A stretch of 64,000 bases of DNA from Chiloscyllium plagiosum (GCF_004010195.1 NC_057718.1:62728311-62792310), one strand, 5' to 3'. Positions 38,633 to 51,739 are shown, counted from the first letter of the stretch. Notes: generated by a model not told the origin, from the sequence alone. Made by a program: numbers and translations.

Positions 38633-39285
38633 GTTGCTGTAAATATAAATGACTGGATTTAATTTGAGATAGAAGAGAGTCTGGGGGCAATTTATTCACA
38701 CAGGGGATGGACAGTGTCTGGAACAGGCTGCCAGAGGCAGTGGTTGAGGCAAGTACAATTTCGACATTTAAGATACATTTGGACAGGTACATGGATGGGA
38801 CATGGAGGGGTATGGGCCAAATACAGACAACGGGACTAGCTTAATTGTGAAAACTGAGCAGCATGGAAAAGCGGGGCTGAAGGGCCTATTTCCATTCTGT
38901 AAACCTCTATAAAAACTTACCAGATCACTGTGCATGTAACCCAAATTTACTCATGATAATTAAGAAAAATGCTGAACTTTATAAAATAGAAATTAACAAA
39001 TTCACCATACTATGACATGAGCACTGCTGTACCAATACTTATTTATGGATTATAATTGGGCTGGCACAAGCAACAAAATATTAAAATCACATGCCACATA
39101 CTTCTCAGAGGCACAGGATTCTTATAGAAAGAAACCAACTGGCTCATTGTGTATCCGCCAGCTCTCCAAATGGGCAAATTATAGTAGTTTTGTGTTTACT
39201 TACATAAATTTACCAATCTCACACCAGGACTGGTAAATGGATACAGGTTTTGTTTATTTGAAAACCTGTTACAGGATTACTCAGG

Positions 39286-39633
39286 GTGTTACGGTGGCTC
39301 AGTGGTTAGCACTGCTGCCTCAGCACCAGGAACCTGTGTTCACTTCCAGCCTCGGGCAACTGACTATGTGCAGTTTGCACATTCTCCCCTGTGTTTGCGT
39401 GGGCTTCCTCAGTGTGCTCTGGTTTCCTCTCACAGTCCAAAGATGTGCAGGTCAAGTGAACTGGCCATGATTAATTGCCCACAGTATTCGGGGGTGTGTA
39501 GGTTAGGTGCATTCGTCAGGGGAAATGGAGGGGAACATTCTGGGTGGGTGGGTTACTCTTCGAAGGGTCAGTGTGGACTTGTTGGGCCAAATGACTGTTT
39601 CCACACTGTAGGGATGCTATGATTCTATTCTAT
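39286..39633 (+). mobile_element. HE1-type SINE
   Basis: cggtggctcagtggttagcactgctgcctc head; ctatgattctattctatg tail. Confidence 0.85.
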
Positions 39634-39645
39634 GATAAATAGACA

Positions 39646-40705
39646 TGTTACAAAAGTTCAACAACTATTTTTAAAGGAAAACACAGCAACATTTCTTCAC
39701 ACTACATGCTGCAAGTTAGACTAACAATGGCTGCTAATCACATACTCCACACCCTGGTTACTTGATCATTGGCATGTTTCCTTCTAAACTGATATCATGA
39801 CATCCCCTTTCTCTAAGATAAAATCACACACATTAATTAAAATACATATGCATTATAATTGTTGTGAAAATAATAACTGAAGAACTTGAGACTTTTGAGT
39901 GCCTTTGTAATATTAACTTGTCAGTGTGTTGTTATTTTACAAATTGTTGTTACAAATTGTACAAACTAATGATTGTGGAATACACACCACAGACATAAGT
40001 TCACTGAGTTTACCTGAATATATGTTCAATGCATAATTTGAGTGCTAAGTGTTATATAGTTGTCCAATTCCCCAAGTTAGCTTCTGTTTTTGTTTTTCAC
40101 ATGTAGTTCTATCAGGTGTTATGATCTCAAGATTTAGGTTAACTGCAAGCTTGTGATACTTCAGTGGGTGACCAAGTTCCCTGGATGGGATATATGACTT
40201 GAACCTTTTAATCTACATGCAGACTTAGCAGTTTTGTGTTTGGGTTTCAGTTGTGTATGGCATTCATTCTCCATTGTTTTACAAGAAAAATTCCCTCATT
40301 TGCTGATAAATTAGACAGGTGATGGCTCAGAGACGTCGTCTTAAATCAACCTTCTAAACAGGCTTTTCACTGGTGACAGTAAGCTCATATCTAGAAGTGT
40401 TATTCAAAAGTATAGGATAGCAATACAAGATCCTGTTTTTTCATCTTGTATTTCACAATTAGTGTTTCACAAGTGCTAACCATTTGCTTGGTGAGACTGT
40501 TAAATCTGGGACAGAGTGTTGAAGCTGTCATAAAGTTTGTACCTCATTTGAAAGGTTGTCTCTGAAAGTCTGACAATGTATTGTGATCAGTTATGTCACT
40601 TCTTCTGGTGCACGGAGCAGAGAGTATTCAACTCCTTGTGTCTACCATGGTTATACTTGAGAGATCCTTCAAATGTCCTATGACTAAAACTTGGAAGAGC
40701 AGTAA
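39646..40705 (-). mobile_element. Decayed Ty3/Gypsy 3' end: integrase remnant, polypurine tract and candidate 157-bp LTR
   Basis: YCSSKF...PEEV...CPRFNSLTKQMVST...SPVKSLFRR...GTWSPTEV remnants; PPT agagaaagggga (39803-39814) abutting TGTCA...TAACA (39802-39646). Confidence 0.55.
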
Positions 40706-40719
40706 GTGACTACAGGAAA

Positions 40720-41775
40720 ATCATATTATCATAGAACGCCTGAAGCACAGAAGGAGGCCACCAAAATCCATTTCAGTGTTGGCTCTGAAAAAGAACTACT
40801 CATCACAGGCAATCCCTACACTATCCCCAAAGCCCTGCATATTCTTCGCTTTCAGATAATAATCCAATTATCTCTTGAATGTCTCACTGTTTTCACCACA
40901 CTCTCAGGCAATGTTGCCTCTAAGCTGTGCACCTGCTCGACACACACTGTTCCACGGTTCCACACACACTGACTTTTGGTTTGGAATCCACTGCCTTGGA
41001 GGTCTACAGACTAGCAGGAAAAATTAGAAGGAACACAACTCTCAGGCAGTATATTCCAGATCCTAATTATTCTAAGAATCACAGAAGTGTAATGGTGCAG
41101 GAGTCGTCCTTTGGTCTGCACTGGCTTGTTACCTACTGCTAATCTCCTGCTTTTACCCATACCCTTTTTTTAAAAATTGTTATATCATTATTTTTAATCC
41201 AAGTAATTAACTAAGGCCCTTTCAAATGCCTCCATCACATTTCCAGATAATGTGTTCCATATTCTAACTACTCCTGAGAAAAGTTTTCCTCACTTTTGCT
41301 CCTTTGATGAGCACGAACAGTTTCAACCTATCTAGTCTATCATGCCCTCTCACGATTTTGAAAACCTCTCTTGAACTGTCCTCTTAGCCTTCTTCGCTCC
41401 AAGAATAACAGGCCAAACTTCTTCAATCTATCCTCATAACTGAAGTTCCCCATCCCTGGAACCATTCTTGTAATCCGCTTCTGCACTCTCTGCAATGTGA
41501 TCACATCCTTCCTATACTGTGATGCCCAGAACTGTACACAATACTCCAGCTGAGATTTTAATACTGTGTTGATATAGCTTTGTTTTCCAATTACCTTACA
41601 TCTGTGCACTCTGGCTTTTGATCATTCTACCAATGGAACAATTTCAGCCTACTCTCTCCAGATTCCTCGTAATTTTAAATATCTCTATGAATCTTCACTT
41701 CGCAAAGGGTAATAAGTCCAACTTCTTGAATCTATACAACTGAAGTTCCTCATGCCTGGAAACATTCTCTAGAAT
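40720..41775 (-). mobile_element. Mosaic of CR1 3' fragments
   Basis: ORF 41340..41609 QLEYCVQFWASQYRKD; several repeated 3'-end motifs. Confidence 0.75.
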
Positions 41776-41981
41776 CTAGCAATGTCAAGAAAATCTAGAA
41801 CAAGTCACTTATAAGTTAGTTAAATTGTCTTGTTAAGCAGGGGCCTGTCTGGGCTGGCATTTAGCTGTCAATCAGCTGAAAGCCCTTTGTGCAATTGTTG
41901 TTAATCACTGCAGCAGGAAGCAGAGCTCAGCGAGCTGGTGACTCATCAGTATGTATCTTTTTCAAAAAAAGTAATCATTTT

Positions 41982-42095
41982 TTCTAATCAACCTGCTCAG
42001 AGATATTAATACACACCTCTGGAACAGATGGGACTTAAACCTGAGCTTCCTGGTTCAGGGGTTGGGACATTATCCCTGTGCCGCAAAAGGGCTCT
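41982..42095 (-). mobile_element. Short tRNA-headed SINE (family of 50113-50490)
   Basis: Reverse reads gcggcacagggataatgtcc...caggtttaagtcccatctgttccagaggtgtgt...ctctgagcaggttgattag. Confidence 0.6.
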
Positions 42096-42419
42096 CCAAG
42101 TCTCTCTAACAGAATTTATGTGAAATACATGGCCAATAAGGAGCACTAGGCCAGTCTATGTCAGAGTAAGTACTTAGCAATTTGATACAAAGAGGGATTT
42201 TTAACTGCATAAGGGGAATGGAACGTTTTAAGTAACTTTTACTGCAAGAGGTTTAGATTGCTCAGTTCAGTGAAAGGAGAGAAGGTATCCTTTTATGAGC
42301 AGCTGCTGTGAGGAATTGTATCTTAGACTATTCAAAATTCATTGATTTTTAACGGTTTAAAACAACCTAGCACAGGAAAAATAAGTTTGCAGTAAACAGT
42401 ACCAAAGAAAAGTATTTTG

Positions 42420-44045
42420 GTTTTCATTCACTCATGGAATGTGAATGGGCCAGCACTGAATGCCTATCACCAGTTGCCCATGAAAAGGTAGTAGTGAGCT
42501 GCCTTTTTGAACTGCTGCATTCTATATGCTATATGTAGATCCACAGTACTGCTGGGACAGAATTCCAGGATTGTGACCCAATGGTACTGAAGGAATGGTG
42601 AGTGGCTTGGAGGTGGACCTGCAGATGTTGGTATTACTATGTATCTATAGCTCTTGTCCTTCTACTTGGTAGTGGTCATGGCTTGGAAGTCTAAGGAGCC
42701 TCGGTGAATTTCTGCAGCGCATTTTGTAGATTGTATACACTGTTGCCACTGGACATCAATGTTGGATTGAATGACTGTGGATGTGGTGGCAATACATCAG
42801 GCTGTTTTATCTTGGATGGTATCAAGCTTCCTAAGTGTTATTGCACTCATGAAAGTGTAGAGTATTTCAGCACACTCAGCCTAGGGGTTGTAGACAGTGA
42901 ACAGCCTTTGGGAGTCAGGTGAGGTAACCTCTGCAGGATTCCTAGCCTCTTACCTGTTCTTGTCAATTTATTTATATGGCTAATCCAGTTGAGTTTCTAG
43001 TTAATGGTATGAATGTTATCTTCTAATCTTCAGCCTTTTCAGTTATTGTCAGGTCTTCCTACATTTGGGCATGAGCTGCTTCAGTACCTGAGGAATTACA
43101 AATTGTGCTGAACACTCTACAATCATTGAATATCCCATTTTTAACCTACAATGAAGGGAAGCAGCTGAAGATGATTAGACTTTGGACACTACCCTGAGAA
43201 ACCCCTGCATGGATGACATGGGAATGAGGTGATGGACCTCCGACCACCACAATGAACGTCCTTTGTGTCAGATGTGACACATCAGTCCAAGATAGAAGCA
43301 TTTGCAAAAAAGTTTTGTAGGAAGTGTCAAACGGATGATCTATTCTCCAATGGTCCCCAGCATTTCACATGCCAATCTTCAGTCAATTCGATTCACTCCA
43401 TGTGGAATAAAGAAATTACTTCAGTGACTGGATAGTGGAAAGTCAATGGGCCCTGACACCATTTCAGCAAAAGTATCAATGGCAGGCTGCATCTGAGGGT
43501 CTGGAAAAGCTGGTCAGGCAGCATCTGAGGTGCAGGAGAATCAACATTTTGAGCATCAGCCCTTCATCAAGAATAAGGCTTGTGGTCCTAGAAGGGGGTT
43601 GAGAGATAAATACGGGGGTGGGGGGAAAGAGATGGGGAAGGTAGCTGGGAATGCAATAGGTAAATGAAGGTGATAGGTTAGAGTGGAGGATGGAGCGGAT
43701 AGGTGGGAAGGAAGATGGACAGGTAGGACAGTTCAAGAGGATTGGAAGCTTGGATCTGGGATAAGGTGGGGGGAGGGGAAATGAGGAAACTGATGAAATC
43801 CACATCGATACTGTGTGGTTGCAGGGTCCCAAGGCAGAAGATGAGGCGTTCTTCCTCCAGGTGTCAGGTGGTTAGGGTTTGGCAGTGGAGGAGGCCCAGG
43901 ACTTGCATGGCCTTGGCGGAGTAGAAGGGGGCGTTAAAGTGTTCAGCCACAGGGTGGTGGGGGTGTTTAGTGCATCTCAGGGACACTGATCTCTAGCATC
44001 TGCAGTCCTCGTTTTCTCCTGGAACTGAGACTCTCGTCCCACATC
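42420..44045 (-). mobile_element. Non-LTR retrotransposon fragments (family of 31390-32998), interrupted by a PLE
   Basis: Reverse-complement similarity including the 3' end cacattccatgagtgaatgaaaa. Confidence 0.6.
43480..44020 (-). mobile_element. Penelope-like family A fragment with tail appended in inverted orientation
   Basis: Reverse similarity to 11365-11760; plus-strand tail ctgatctctagcatctgcagtcctcgttttctcct at 43987-44020. Confidence 0.8.
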
Positions 44046-44799
44046 CTTATGACTATGATTTGATAATTATTTTTGCTTCCTGGGGCTATAGTGTAGTATA
44101 CAATTTCTGTTCAAATCTTGCCTGAGGCCTCACCTGTTACCTGCCCTTCATTCAAGAGAAATTATACCTCTGATCATTAGTGGTCTATCTATCTTTAACT
44201 ACAAAGACTTGCCAAACTCGTGCCAAGATCAGGAAATGATTGCATGTTTTGACTATTTGAAGATCTGTTGTAGGATTTATCTGTTGCAGATAAATTTGTT
44301 ACAGACGTTCAGCAACTGATAAAGAAAACCATAGCTACATTCCTACATACTGCATGAACATTAGACTGAGTGGTTGTTAGTCACATGTTCGACATCCTGA
44401 TTTCTTGTTCATTAGCAAAATTTCCCCCTAAAGTGATAAGGATAGTGTACATCATGTATGAATAAAGAGTGAGGGAAAGAATAAGAATCTGAGGTTAGGG
44501 CATTCATTTTCTGGAAGGATTGCAAAGTGATGGTTTTGGTCTTGTTAACCTGTTAAACTTGAGGAAATGCTGTTTACAAATTGATGTGAAACAAGTAATT
44601 AGCCCAGTTGATGAGAGCTGGAATAAAATCAAAATGCCGGAAATACTCAGATCAGGAAGTGCCGATGCAGATTGACCTGAAACACTAACCTTATGATTAT
44701 TCATAGGACGAAAAAGCATTGGTGTTGTTTCAGAAGGAAATCAAGGCTTATATTTCATTAAATATATTCTGAAATATAGAAATTATTTTTTGTCATTAC

Positions 44800-44885
44800 C
44801 CATCTTCCATTCCAGGTTGCAGGTAGAGGTGTGCGTGCACAGGCCTGAGTCGTTGAATCACATGAATGCACAAACGCTGGAACAT
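44800..44885 (-). CDS. USP34: USP34 exon 11 (MFQRLCIHVIQRLRPVHAHLYLQPGMED(G))
   Basis: Peptide match; ctgcag / gtaatg; 86 nt. Confidence 0.95.
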
Positions 44886-45091
44886 CTGCAGAGCCCAAAG
44901 TAAGGTGCAAAGGGAGAGGATTTTATACATTTTATTTCACATCTTACGTTTTAAAAAATTATTACCAAAGATATTAACAAGTATACAAAACACTCAAAAA
45001 TAGAATGAAAGCAGTATCTGAAATATGTTTAAAGTATCAAATAGTCTGTCATTAATTACTATTACACTAAATGAACTAAAGCACTTCATAC

Positions 45092-45172
45092 CTGTCTAAC
45101 AATCTGATTTGGACATTTAATGAGGATTTGCATTGGCCACCAATCATCATCTGCCATTCGGTCCAAAAACCA
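45092..45172 (-). CDS. USP34: USP34 exon 10 (WFLDRMADDDWWPMQILIKCPNQIVRQ)
   Basis: Peptide match; gtacag / gtatga; 81 nt. Confidence 0.95.
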
Positions 45173-47124
45173 CTGTACAGAAAGAGGTCAGAATTTTGAA
45201 ATAACACGGACAATTTCTGAACAAAAGTTCCACATTACAATTTTCATATTTCATACGAAGCAGTGAAATTATAATATCAGTGTAAATTTATCATTGCTCC
45301 CACTATCAGGCACATAAAATTCAACTCAAATAATTGTATCTGGACTTGTCAGGAAAGAAGTGTAGGTGTTTAACATTCAGGTTGTGTGTCACAATCAGTA
45401 GCTTGCAGTTCAGCAGATTATAGAGGACATGGCAGCAACAATTTAAGCTGCAATTGATATCCGACAAGGTGCTTTCAGTTCAAAAATCAAAACTAAGGTC
45501 CAGGAGCCAGAAGGCAGGTTAAGCCATACTGTTCCTGCACCTGTGGAAAATTTGGTTTGTAATATGAGCATCTAACTTTGTGCTCAAAGTCTGCAGACTG
45601 CCTCATTCCCACAACCATATTCCAGAAACAGAGTAGAGTCCCTTCGTAAAATGTCTGCCAGTGAATGATCATTTGTGAGAAATTATATGTAGCTATGAGA
45701 GAAACAGATAAGATGGTAGTGCAATGGTGGTAAGTCACTTTTTATTGTAGATGGGGAGGAAACCGAGATGGGTGTGTACACTAAAGATTTGGCATGGTGG
45801 ACAGATATAACTGCAAGGATTCTGCTATAGGTATTGCATGGAAAGACCGAAGAAGACGTCCTGCTGCATCTTGTTAGTGAAGATGTTGATGGCGGCTCTG
45901 AAGAGGGGTAGCTAAATATATTCAAAAGCTGCTAGAGGGTCTTATGACTGAAATGAAGCCATTTTGCAATGCAAGAAAAAAAGAAATGACTCCATCAAAC
46001 ATAATGTCAATTGGCTGAGCAAAAGAGTTACAACATATAACAATGTCTTTATTTTTGTTGATTTAAGACTTTTCTGTCACTTTAAGATCTAAACAGTGGC
46101 TCAAAGATATAGAACCAGTTTCTGGGCGAGCAACATACTCTTGAACTAACCAGCTATAGAACACACAATTTGATTTCACTGGCTTTTGACATTTAGATCC
46201 ATACAAATTATATCAATACATTGCCAATATGCAATGATCTGTAAAGCCACAATGAAATTCAGATCAGTTCTATTTACTTAACAAAAAGGTTTGGCATTTT
46301 TTGTTCATGGACATAGTAGTAATTTTTCAGTAGATATCCTCTTCTATTCTGTATCTCTACTTGAACTATTTGTAAAGATATGCTCTTAAAATACTAAATA
46401 GAAATTTTGAAAAGACACTTTGACAAGTATCTTCATCAGAAAAATATTTGACTGACTTGGCAGTTGTAGAAATTATTGGTCAATAAATGATATTTAGAAG
46501 AAATCAACTGTTCATACATAGTTTTTGTCTAGTGAATCGAGGCCCTTTTTAATGTAAAATAAATCAAAGCATAAACAGCTAAAGTAATCACTTGAACAAT
46601 CTGATTTCTTACTGCAGAAATAACAACACTTTTAACACTTCTATAGCTGTTAATTATGAATTACAGATACCTACATTTCCTTTAGTATATGTGCTGCATG
46701 ACAGAAGATTGTTTGCTGTTTTGTGAATTTGAAGAGGAATAAATATGAATTAGTTATCTGGTAAAGTCAAGAAAAAATGTTTCATGAACATTGGAGAGAT
46801 CAGCATAAGTTTTAAATGTTTTAACTTGATCTTCAAGGAAATGCAAATGTAAATAATCCTGAAGTGAGTAATGAGAGGTGGAGTTTTGTACAAGCACAGT
46901 AAACTAGGTATGCATTAATGTTTCAAAGGGACAGATTCCTGTAATTGCTGCACCCAGCTTTTGTGGCTTGGATTATTCTAATGTTTCTGGAATATAACAA
47001 ATGAAGAAGCACTGAAGTTCCAGCACAACTGCCAGCTAAATCAGGAAATCTTTTCCTTTAGAACTTTCAAAGGACTCATTTAGAACAAAGTATAAATTAC
47101 CAAGAGATCAGCTAGATTCCTCAC

Positions 47125-47190
47125 CTCACAGGCTGCCTGGCTGTTATTAAATTGTTTCGTCAAAAGCTCAATCCATTGCAACATGGTGGG
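47125..47190 (-). CDS. USP34: USP34 exon 9 (PTMLQWIELLTKQFNNSQAACE)
   Basis: Peptide match; tcatag / gtgagg; 66 nt. Confidence 0.95.
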
Positions 47191-48249
47191 CTATGAGAAA
47201 GAGAATTATAATACCAGGTCATGGCATGTTATTCGTAATCCATAATCTAAAATTTATGAGATCAATGACGTGAGGGAAGGAAACAGATTCATGTTTTTAA
47301 ACTCAATATATTATCCAGATAAATTCACAATCCCCTCAAAAAAAAGTAGTTGGTAAATGTACGAACAAACATTTCAAGGGTCAAGATCACAATACCTGAT
47401 TTTGAAAAGTGACAGAAACCAAACAAAAATCTACATTCCTCCTACACAAATGTATCAAACCAGGAATGCTTCTGTAGGTGATACTTATTCATGAACTGTA
47501 TATCAAATAATACTGTTAATGGCAGTAACTCCCAATACAATATGGCTCCATGCTTGTAGATAACTTGCTTTAAATGTGAACCTGATCTGAGAATTTTGGC
47601 CACAAATTACAATAATATCCTTACATCTAACATTTAGAAGCAGATGCCAAAAGTTAAAGTAGCATTATGAGCATAAGGCATGGATGCTTTGTCCCTTGCT
47701 GCAATTTCTCACTGACATTACTTCCCTGGCTGATGTTGGTTAATTAGTAGTATATCAGAAACTAGAACCACACCTCCATACATACATTAGGCTTTCAGAT
47801 GGCTATATCTATATTAATATATTGCATTTTTATAAAGCAATACACTGCTCCATTAGTTAAGAGATTCACATTAAAAATAAAAGTACAATTTCTTAAAACT
47901 GTACTTCATTTTGTTAAGTACTGGCACCTAGTTTTAGGCAAATGTTATTCAATTACATGCAGACCAAGAATCTGTCGTTCCTCTAATGTAAATGCCATAC
48001 TTTTATTTGTTCTGGGATTCAACATCAGTGGTTTGCCCATCTCCTTTAGGTGGACACAACGGTACATATACACTTGTGATCTCACAGCCAAATTAAGTCG
48101 CAACAACATATTCAATATTTAGTTGCAACACTGATGATTCCCTTGTCCAGTATCCTGGCGACTGCAACCTGACTCCACATCCCCAGATACCTCAGGTCAT
48201 AACCTGCTGAGTGATGCTGAGGAAGAGAGGGTGAACGTGTGAGGGGAGG

Positions 48250-48575
48250 GTTGCAATGGTGGCTCAGTGATTAGCACTGCTCCCTCACAGCAGCAGAGAC
48301 CCAGGTTCAATTCTCCCCTCAGTGTTTGTATGTTCTCCATGTCCGCATAGGTTTCCTACAGTTTCTTTCCACAGTCCAAAGATGTGTAGATTAGGTGGAT
48401 TAGCCATGCTAAATTGCCCATAGTGTCCAGGGATGTGCAGGCTATGTGGGTTAGCCCTGGGAAATGTAGGATTACAGGGTTGGGGTAGTGAAGTAGGTCA
48501 AGGTGGGATGCTCTTTGGAGGTTCAGTGTGGACTCAATGGGCTGAATGGCCTGCTTCCACACTGTAGGGATTCCA
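48250..48575 (+). mobile_element. HE1-type SINE
   Basis: ggtggctcagtgattagcactgc...ccaggttcaattc. Confidence 0.85.
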
Positions 48576-48615
48576 TGTTACATTGTACACTATGATAATT
48601 AAAACTTCCACTTAC

Positions 48616-48663
48616 CTTTTCTTTGGAATGAATGAAAGTTTCCAGGACAAAAGAGGTGCTTAG
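48616..48663 (-). CDS. USP34: USP34 exon 8 (LSTSFVLETFIHSKEK)
   Basis: Peptide match; tttaag / gtaagt; 48 nt. Confidence 0.94.
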
Positions 48664-48776
48664 CTTAAATCAAAGAAATATTCAAGTCAACAATCATGTA
48701 TGATTAGAAAATCTTCTCTTCAATCAATAAAAAAAGTTAGTGTTTGCAAAAAATCAAACATGGAATAAACACTCAC

Positions 48777-48852
48777 CTTAGCAGTCATAAGTGATACTGC
48801 TTTTGGATCTGGTAATGTGCTAGGGATGCTACTGCATAACTGCCACATAAAG
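48777..48852 (-). CDS. USP34: USP34 exon 7 (FMWQLCSSIPSTLPDPKAVSLMTAK)
   Basis: Peptide match within ORF 48720..48914; ttccag / gtgagt; 76 nt. Confidence 0.95.
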
Positions 48853-48976
48853 CTGGAAAAGCAGAATTCACTGAAATCAGCATACTCTTTATTTTCTCCC
48901 CCCCCCGGTGCCACTCACTACAATAGTCCAGACATGTTACACTGGTGCAGACCAATTTTGATCCAGTAGTACTTAC

Positions 48977-49041
48977 CCAAAGTAGGTATGCTCAAAAATA
49001 TTCTTGTCCTGAAGAAACTGCATGTTGTCATGCCAGATCCA
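48977..49041 (-). CDS. USP34: USP34 exon 6 (WIWHDNMQFLQDKNIFEHTYF(G))
   Basis: Peptide match; ttgtag / gtaagt; 65 nt. Confidence 0.95.
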
Positions 49042-49339
49042 CTACAATAAAAACAGCAAAAACAATTCTGGGAGTGAATTAGCAACGAGGTTTGTTTGAG
49101 CTAACTGAAACATATTCAAGAACAGCAGTTTGCTACATTTTCAAAAGATACATTCACCGCTTCTGCATTAATCAAACGCTATTTTATATTGTATTTAATA
49201 TTACAATTCCTCTGTATCATGTTGGATGCATTAGTAAAATAGTAGAAATGACAAAACCAAATGACTTTCCATTTATGTAGTTTCTTTTTTACAAAGCAAT
49301 TTATAGCAAATTAAATACTTTATAAATATAGTCATTAGC

Positions 49340-49635
49340 AGAGTGTAGAAAACACAACAAAATTGGCACACAGAAGATTCCCACAAACAGCAATGTAATA
49401 ATGATCAGAAAATCATGCTGAATAATGGATGAATGTTGGCCAAGACATGAGGGATAACTCTCCTCTTCTTTTTCAAAAAAGTGTCATATGATCTTCTATG
49501 TCCAACCGAGTAGGTAGAGAGAGAGATTTGGTTTATTGTCCGATCCAAATGTCAGTACACTGCTCTCGAAGCGCTATATTGTAGTGCCAGTGTAGATTAT
49601 TGTGCACAAATCCCTGTGGAAGACTTGGACCCAGT
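49340..49635 (-). mobile_element. Deu-domain SINE fragment
   Basis: Reverse ggttggacatagaagatcatatgacacttttttgaaaaagaagaggagagttatccctcatgtcttggccaacattcatcc. Confidence 0.6.
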
Positions 49636-50112
49636 GTAAAAAGATCATTTTCATTTATGATCTAGAAAAGGGCTTAAATAGAACAATTAACTTCAAGTAT
49701 AGACACACTATTGTAAGTCAGAACAAATGACAGGTTGCAGACTAATTTTAAATTAGGTCAGGTGAATGTGCCTCAAATGATAAATTGCATTGCGCCCAGT
49801 GATCAACTCAGTCAGACATTAGGCACTTAATTTTCATATGCAAAGAATGTAACAGCGGTTTCAGATGCTCTCTTAAACAAAGTGGTAATGAGGGTCCCTT
49901 CTCCTTCTCCCTACATCCCTCTCACGTTTGAAGGTTTGCATTACCCTTAACAATCTTTGTATATAAATACTAAATTGGCTACATGCTTTTACTGGTGGAA
50001 GGTATTAGTTTTTAAAACAATGCAAAAGAAGTCACAGTAATTTTGGTGGTCGGAAGTTTGCTCAGTTGTATTTGATAACACTTCAGAGAATGAAAAACTA
50101 GTAGTAACGACA

Positions 50113-50490
50113 TGGGCTCCTGTGGCGAACTGATAGTGTCCGAAGAGGCTCTGGTTCAAGTCCCACCTGCTCCAGAGATGTGTAATTGTATCTGAAAAGG
50201 GTGATTAAAATATCTAAAGTAGTAATGAAAGGTTTTGTGGCACAGTGGCAGTGTCCTTATCTCTGATCCACGTGATCCAGGATCAGGTCCTATTTGCACC
50301 AGAAGTATATTATAACACCTCTGAACAGGCTGATTACAACATTTTAATATTTTCTAATGAGGTCAGTGGCTCCTTTGTTTAGGGGTATGGCACAGTAGGT
50401 AACATTTCTACCTCTGGACCAAGAAGCCAAGGTTCAAGACCCATCATGTTCCACAGAAGTAAGAGAGCATCTTTGAACAGATTAGTTTCA
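50113..50490 (+). mobile_element. Three head-to-tail short tRNA-headed SINE-like units
   Basis: Each has a tggc..agtgg-like A box, ggttcaag/ggatcagg B box and a shared ccaga...tctgaacag...gatta tail. Confidence 0.6.
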
Positions 50491-51127
50491 AAGTAAGTAA
50501 TGAACAGCATTTGTATTAGGCCTACCCAGCCTAGGAATCTTCAGGGGCTGTTATTGCCAACATACACCTCTTGTTTTAAAATCTTCTGTACATAAGAATG
50601 TTTACAAAAGCTTTTCTGCAGATTCAGAGGGAGCAAGAGTGCTTTCCTCACCGCTCAGTAATCAGTCATCTTATTCAGCTGTTCCAGCATCCAGTTTCCA
50701 ACACCCCCATCCAAATCTTCTTCCTCATCAACCCCAACCCTCTTCCTAAATCATTACCATTCTCTTATTAAACTTACCTTCAGACTACTGATAGCAGGGT
50801 TAGTGGTCAGACAATTGTCCTCAAAATTCATTAGCTGTCTACCATGACACTATAGAAATCAATAGCTCAAGACAAAAACTATAATAGAAGATGGGCAGAA
50901 GCCTTCTAGTTAAGATTTTCACTGTCTATTCTGATCATTTTTGACTCAGGAAATGGACATAGACAACATTTTAAATTTAGAACTGTTAATTTGAAAGAAA
51001 TGTAGAGCTTTTAGGAAACCTGATGTGTTTAAAGAAATTAAATACAATTCAATTAGACTTTATCTTTAGGGTTTGCAGTAGAATTTTCTAGAATTTTTCT
51101 GAAATCAGCCATAGGTTTTCTCCTAAA

Positions 51128-51285
51128 TAAAAATGAAAAGAACTGCAAATGCTGTAAATCAGTAACAAAAACAGACATTTCAGGTTAGGTGACCCTTCCT
51201 CAGGTTCTGATTTCTGATAACTCTGATTTCTCGCCACAGATGCTGTCAGACCGGCTGGGCTTTTCCAGCAATTTCTGTTTTTGTG
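51128..51285. mobile_element. Short inverted PLE pLTR derivative
   Basis: Minus-strand hammerhead and tail joined to plus-strand cagatgctgtcagacc...ttttccagca. Confidence 0.6.
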
Positions 51286-51435
51286 GCGTAGATTTTCTTG
51301 TTTACTTGCTTTCCAGGGAAATATCATTATTAGAGAGGATGTGCAAGATAAGCAAGGGTGTACCATTAATGTAATGAGTAGACTGAAGGCTTCTGCATTT
51401 TCTATATGTTTGTATAAACACTAAGCATTATTTCC

Positions 51436-51660
51436 AAACCAAAAACAGAAATAACTAAAATAACCCAGTGGATCCGGTAGCATTTGTGGACCGAAAGCAG
51501 AATCAATGATTTGGGTGCAGTGACCCTGCCTTCTTCAGACCTCAAAGCAGGACTGAAACACTTACACTTTCTCTCCACGGATGTGCCATACCCGAGTTTC
51601 TCCAGCTATTTTGGTTTTTATGTCAGATTTTCAAGGTCTACAGTTGTGTGGATTCTTTTG
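51436..51660. mobile_element. Short decayed fold-back PLE pLTR derivative
   Basis: Inverted pLTR halves with tail on the right (tcagattttcaagg...). Confidence 0.5.
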
Positions 51661-51739
51661 TTAAACATTATTTCCAAACTTTTCCAGTCACATTTTTCCA
51701 ATAAGTTATAGTCAACAAGTCAGAAAAATATCTCAATAC

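Noticed and set aside
45440..45960. Possible further Gypsy integrase remnant on plus
   Set aside because: Only faint motif resemblance; cannot be supported by eye
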